From assembly GCA_035714745.1 (NCBI GenBank), contig DASTLR010000020.1:1-41873 (forward strand): DNA of 41,873 nucleotides, in the 5' to 3' direction. The notes under the pieces were generated by a model that saw only the letters and a program-made list of their open reading frames with translations, was not told the origin of the DNA and did not search any database. The position numbers and the translations under genes were made by a program. The DNA comes from Minisyncoccota bacterium. Lineage in GTDB: Bacteria; Patescibacteriota; Minisyncoccia; Phycocordibacterales; UBA6065. Position 1 is the first letter of the stretch, and each line of letters begins with the position of its first letter. Shown here one piece after another: positions 36,500 through 41,873 of this stretch.

Positions 36500-37507
36500 A
36501 TGAAGAAGAATGTGAAGGGCGCCGCGGGCGCCGGGCGGGGCATCGTCATTTACCAGGACGTGCACGGCAACGTCGAGCTCAAGGCCGATATCAAAAAAGA
36601 GACGATTTGGGCGACACAGGCTCAGATCGCGGAGCTTTTCGATATCGATCGAACGGTGGTCACAAGGCATATCAATAACCTTATCAAGAGCGAGGAGATC
36701 GACATAAAAAGCAATGTGCAAAAAATGCACATTGCTAATTCCGATAGGCCGGTAGCGTTATATTCGCTCGATATGATCCTGGCTGTCGGCTATCGCACCA
36801 GCTCGTTCAAAGCTATAGCTTTCAGAAAATGGGCCACAAAGGTCCTTCGAGACTATATCCTCAAAGGCATGGCTGTGAACGCCGATAGGATCGAGAAGCT
36901 TCACGAAGCCGGCATACGCGACCTGCGAGAAAAGCTCGCCTTCATCCAGCGCACGGTCAGGAACCGCGAGCTCGACAGGTCCGAGGTGGACAGCCTGCTT
37001 TCCGTCATCGGCGATTACGCGAATTCCTGGCTGCTCCTAAAGAGATAAGACGAGGGCACGCTATCCGCCGCCGCTTCGAAGCAGAAGGAGAAGCGCGAGA
37101 TCGACTATGATTTCGCCCTGCTCGCCATCAGCAAGCTCAAGGCAGACCTGGTCGGCAAAGGCGATGCGGGCGAGCTCTTTGGCCATCAGCGCGACGAGTC
37201 GTTCAGCGGCATCCTTCGCACGCTCTACCAGACCTATGGCGGCCGGGAACTGTATGGTACGCCCCAGCTCAAGGCCGCGCACCTTCTCTATTTCGTCATC
37301 AAGGACCATCCTTTCTCCGATGGCAACAAGCGCATCGGCTCCTTTCTCTTTATCGTCTTTCTGGAGAGGAACGGCATGTTGTTCGCCAAGGATGGCGAGA
37401 GAAAGATCGCGAGCAATACCCTTGTCGCCTTGGCCTTGCTCATCGCCGAGAGCGCACCGCGAGAGAAAGAGACGATGATTGCATTGGTCACGCATCTTAT
37501 TGCATGA
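36500..37507 (+). pseudogene. RhuM-family / Doc-type Fic fusion gene interrupted by an in-frame TAA (37046-37048)
   Basis: The N-terminal part is a typical RhuM (QAQIAELFDIDRTVVTRHINN, YSLDMILAVGYRTSS..FRKWAT). The same frame continues after the TAA as DEGTLSAAAS...KDHPFSDGNKRIGSFLF (Doc-type motif HxFxDGNKR) to TGA 37505-37507. The second part has no start codon of its own. Confidence 0.75.
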
Positions 37508-37514
37508 TAGGGGA

Positions 37515-38726
37515 ATGAGATTTTTTCCGAGGAATCTGTTCAAAAGGAAGAGGATCTACGCCGACTGGGCCGCCACGACGCCGCTTCATCCGCGGGTGGC
37601 GCGCGCTATGGCGCGTGCCAGGAAGCTGTGGGCGAACCCCAGCGCCATCCATGCCGAGGGCGTCCTGGCGCGACGGGCCCTCGAGGATGCGCGAACGAGG
37701 GTCGCTCGCCTCGTCGGCACGAAGCCCGAGGAAGTGTACTTTCTGTCAGGCGGCACCGAGGCCAACGCCACCATCATCCAGGGCGTCACGAGGACGAAGC
37801 TTGAAAAGGGCGTCCCGCCGGCCCAGGTCCACGTCGTCACCACGGCCATCGAGCATTCCTCCGTCATCGAGACCATCAGGCTCTTTGCCGCGCACGGCGT
37901 CTCCGTGACCTTTGTCAGGCCGGGACCGGACGGCGTCGTCCGCGCCGAGGACGTTCTCGCCGCCGTCACGCCGGCGACCGTTCTGGTCTCGGTCATGCTC
38001 GCCAATAACGAGATCGGCACCGTCCAGCCCGTCTCAAAGATCGGCGCCGGCCTGAGGAAGCTCGGCCTGGAGCGGCCGGTCTTTCATGTCGATGCCTCCC
38101 AGGCTCCGCTCTGGCTGTCGGTCGACATCGAAGGTCTGCGGGCAGACGCCATGACCCTGGACGCGCACAAGATGCAGGGCCCAAAGGGCGTCGGCGCCCT
38201 GGTCGTGCGCAGGCGCATCTCCTGGGAGCCGCTCATGGTCGGCGGGGGGCAGGAGCGCGGCAAGAGGCCGACCACAGAATCTATCGAGCTCGCAGCGGGA
38301 TTTGCGGCGGCGCTCGAGATAGCGCAGGGCGGCAGGGACGATCGATCGAGGCTGGCTGCCGGCGTTCAGAATTATTTCTTTGATCGGATCGAAAGCGAGC
38401 TTCCTGACGCCGTTATTAACGGTTCTCGCGACAAGCGCTTGCCGAATAACATTAATATTTCACTGCCCGGCATCAGCGATCCCGAGTTGGCCGTGCTCTT
38501 CTTGGATAAGAAAGGCATCGCTTGCTCGACGAAGAGCTCGTGCCTCAAAGGCGAGGAACAGTCGTACGTCGTCGCGGCGCTCGGAGGAGAGTCATGGCGC
38601 GCCCGCAATACCCTCCGATTATCGCTTGCACCAACCGCCACCCGCTCGGACGTAGATACTATTGTGGGAGCTCTTATAAAATTGGCCGCATCGCAAAAAT
38701 TGCCCTCGTCGGAAAATCTGCCATAA
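37515..38726 (+). CDS. Cysteine desulfurase (class V aminotransferase, NifS/IscS-like)
   Basis: SGGTEANATIIQG, HVDASQA, and LDAHKMQGPKGVGAL with the PLP lysine. Confidence 0.85.
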   Translation: MRFFPRNLFKRKRIYADWAATTPLHPRVARAMARARKLWANPSAIHAEGVLARRALEDARTRVARLVGTKPEEVYFLSGGTEANATIIQGVTRTKLEKGVPPAQVHVVTTAIEHSSVIETIRLFAAHGVSVTFVRPGPDGVVRAEDVLAAVTPATVLVSVMLANNEIGTVQPVSKIGAGLRKLGLERPVFHVDASQAPLWLSVDIEGLRADAMTLDAHKMQGPKGVGALVVRRRISWEPLMVGGGQERGKRPTTESIELAAGFAAALEIAQGGRDDRSRLAAGVQNYFFDRIESELPDAVINGSRDKRLPNNINISLPGISDPELAVLFLDKKGIACSTKSSCLKGEEQSYVVAALGGESWRARNTLRLSLAPTATRSDVDTIVGALIKLAASQKLPSSENLP

Positions 38727-38733
38727 TAGGCGC

Positions 38734-38880
38734 ATGGAGCATCTTACGAAGCAACAGGTCATATTGCTAGCCATATTCCTGAGCCTGTTCTCGGCCTTCC
38801 TCGGCTCCATCATCACGGTCGCCCTTATGGACCAGAACCCCGGACTAGTCATCCAGACCATTACCCGCGTCATCAAATAG
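38734..38880 (+). CDS. Possible 48-aa single-pass membrane protein (below the ORF-track length cutoff)
   Basis: MEHLTKQQVILLAIFLSLFSAFLGSIITVALMDQNPGLVIQTITRVIK. GC3-biased frame that fills the gap between the desulfurase gene and the clpB upstream motif. Confidence 0.35.
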   Translation: MEHLTKQQVILLAIFLSLFSAFLGSIITVALMDQNPGLVIQTITRVIK

Positions 38881-38885
38881 CTCTC

Positions 38886-38914
38886 TAGCTTCTAAATTCT
38901 AACTTCTAAATTCC
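38886..38914 (+). repeat. Heptad-motif copy e
   Basis: TAGCTTCTAAATTCTAACTTCTAAATTCC, ending 6 nt before the clpB ATG. Confidence 0.7.
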
Positions 38915-38920
38915 ACGTCT

Positions 38921-41629
<2,709 letters not shown>

Positions 41630-41684
41630 ATACTGCGCGGTTTTCTTTATGATTTCTTTATCCCTCATTTGTTAGGGTGGGGGA

Positions 41685-41873
41685 GTGGAAATCTATTTCT
41701 TCAATAGTCGAACGAGAAAATTCTACGATAAACTCGAGAGAAGTCTTTCCGTTAATGTCGAAAAAAGCCTCGAGCTCTTAAGGCAGAGATCTCATTCGCT
41801 GGATATGCCTTATTCAAGAGCCCTTGGAAGAGGGCTTTTCGAGCTGCGAGTGATTGATTCAGTGCATATTCGT
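41685..41873 (+). CDS. HigB/Gp49-like (RelE/ParE superfamily) toxin, partial at the window edge
   Basis: VEIYFFNSRTRKFYDKLERSL...LDMPYSRALGRGLFELRVIDSVHIR matches the Gp49/HigB pattern (..L..gLyELRi....iR). Candidate GTG start. The gene runs off the window. Confidence 0.6.
   Translation, partial: MEIYFFNSRTRKFYDKLERSLSVNVEKSLELLRQRSHSLDMPYSRALGRGLFELRVIDSVHIR

Noticed and set aside
37046-37048. Idea that TAA is recoded (alternative genetic code), as seen with UGA in some CPR lineages.
   Set aside because: TAA, TAG and TGA each terminate conserved genes at expected lengths in this window (for example ftsZ TAA, gyrA TAG, SBP TGA). A single nonsense change is the simpler explanation.

Overview
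This is a GC-rich (roughly 60% by eye) bacterial chromosome segment that uses the standard genetic code: TAA, TAG and TGA all terminate well-conserved genes at their expected ends. Three traits suggest a Candidate Phyla Radiation / Patescibacteria-type genome (inference, not proven). It has a compact housekeeping set with a short IF-2, S21 and FtsA-FtsZ, almost no metabolism genes, and many small TrbC/VirB2-like 'pilin' genes plus a four-helix-bundle IVS-type gene. The backbone genes are trxB, ftsZ, ftsA, ybeY, rpsU, a HisRS-like gene, lepB, pth, rpsA, gyrA, rbfA, infB, a cysteine desulfurase and clpB. There are six tRNA genes (Ser-CGA, Glu-UUC, Leu-UAG, Lys-CUU, Leu-UAA, Cys-GCA), and none encodes CCA.

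The accessory or unusual content, in window order:
1. A large serine recombinase gene sits between the arms of an 82-bp perfect inverted repeat that abuts tRNA-Ser.
2. A truncated four-helix-bundle gene is enclosed by 23-bp inverted repeats. The same AT-rich heptad-repeat sequence recurs at three other intergenic sites, directly upstream of trxB, an SBP gene and clpB.
3. Five paralogous TrbC/VirB2-like small membrane protein genes lie in two clusters. They are mixed with an orphan membrane-anchored solute-binding protein, an EEP nuclease/phosphatase and a coiled-coil membrane protein, with an SPFH-like pair next to them.
4. A ~1.5-kb AT-richer islet lies at the 3' end of tRNA-Lys, bounded by an 11-bp direct repeat of the tRNA end. 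Its only gene encodes a mitochondrial-type monomeric PheRS-like protein (class II core fused to an FDX-ACB domain).
5. A RhuM-Doc gene is split by an in-frame TAA, and a partial HigB/Gp49-like toxin gene runs off the right edge.

Several genes have a -10-like hexamer 6-9 nt before the start codon, which suggests leaderless mRNAs. No CRISPR array, rRNA gene or transposase was seen. Many long ORFs in the supplied track are antisense shadows of real genes in GC-rich DNA and were not called.
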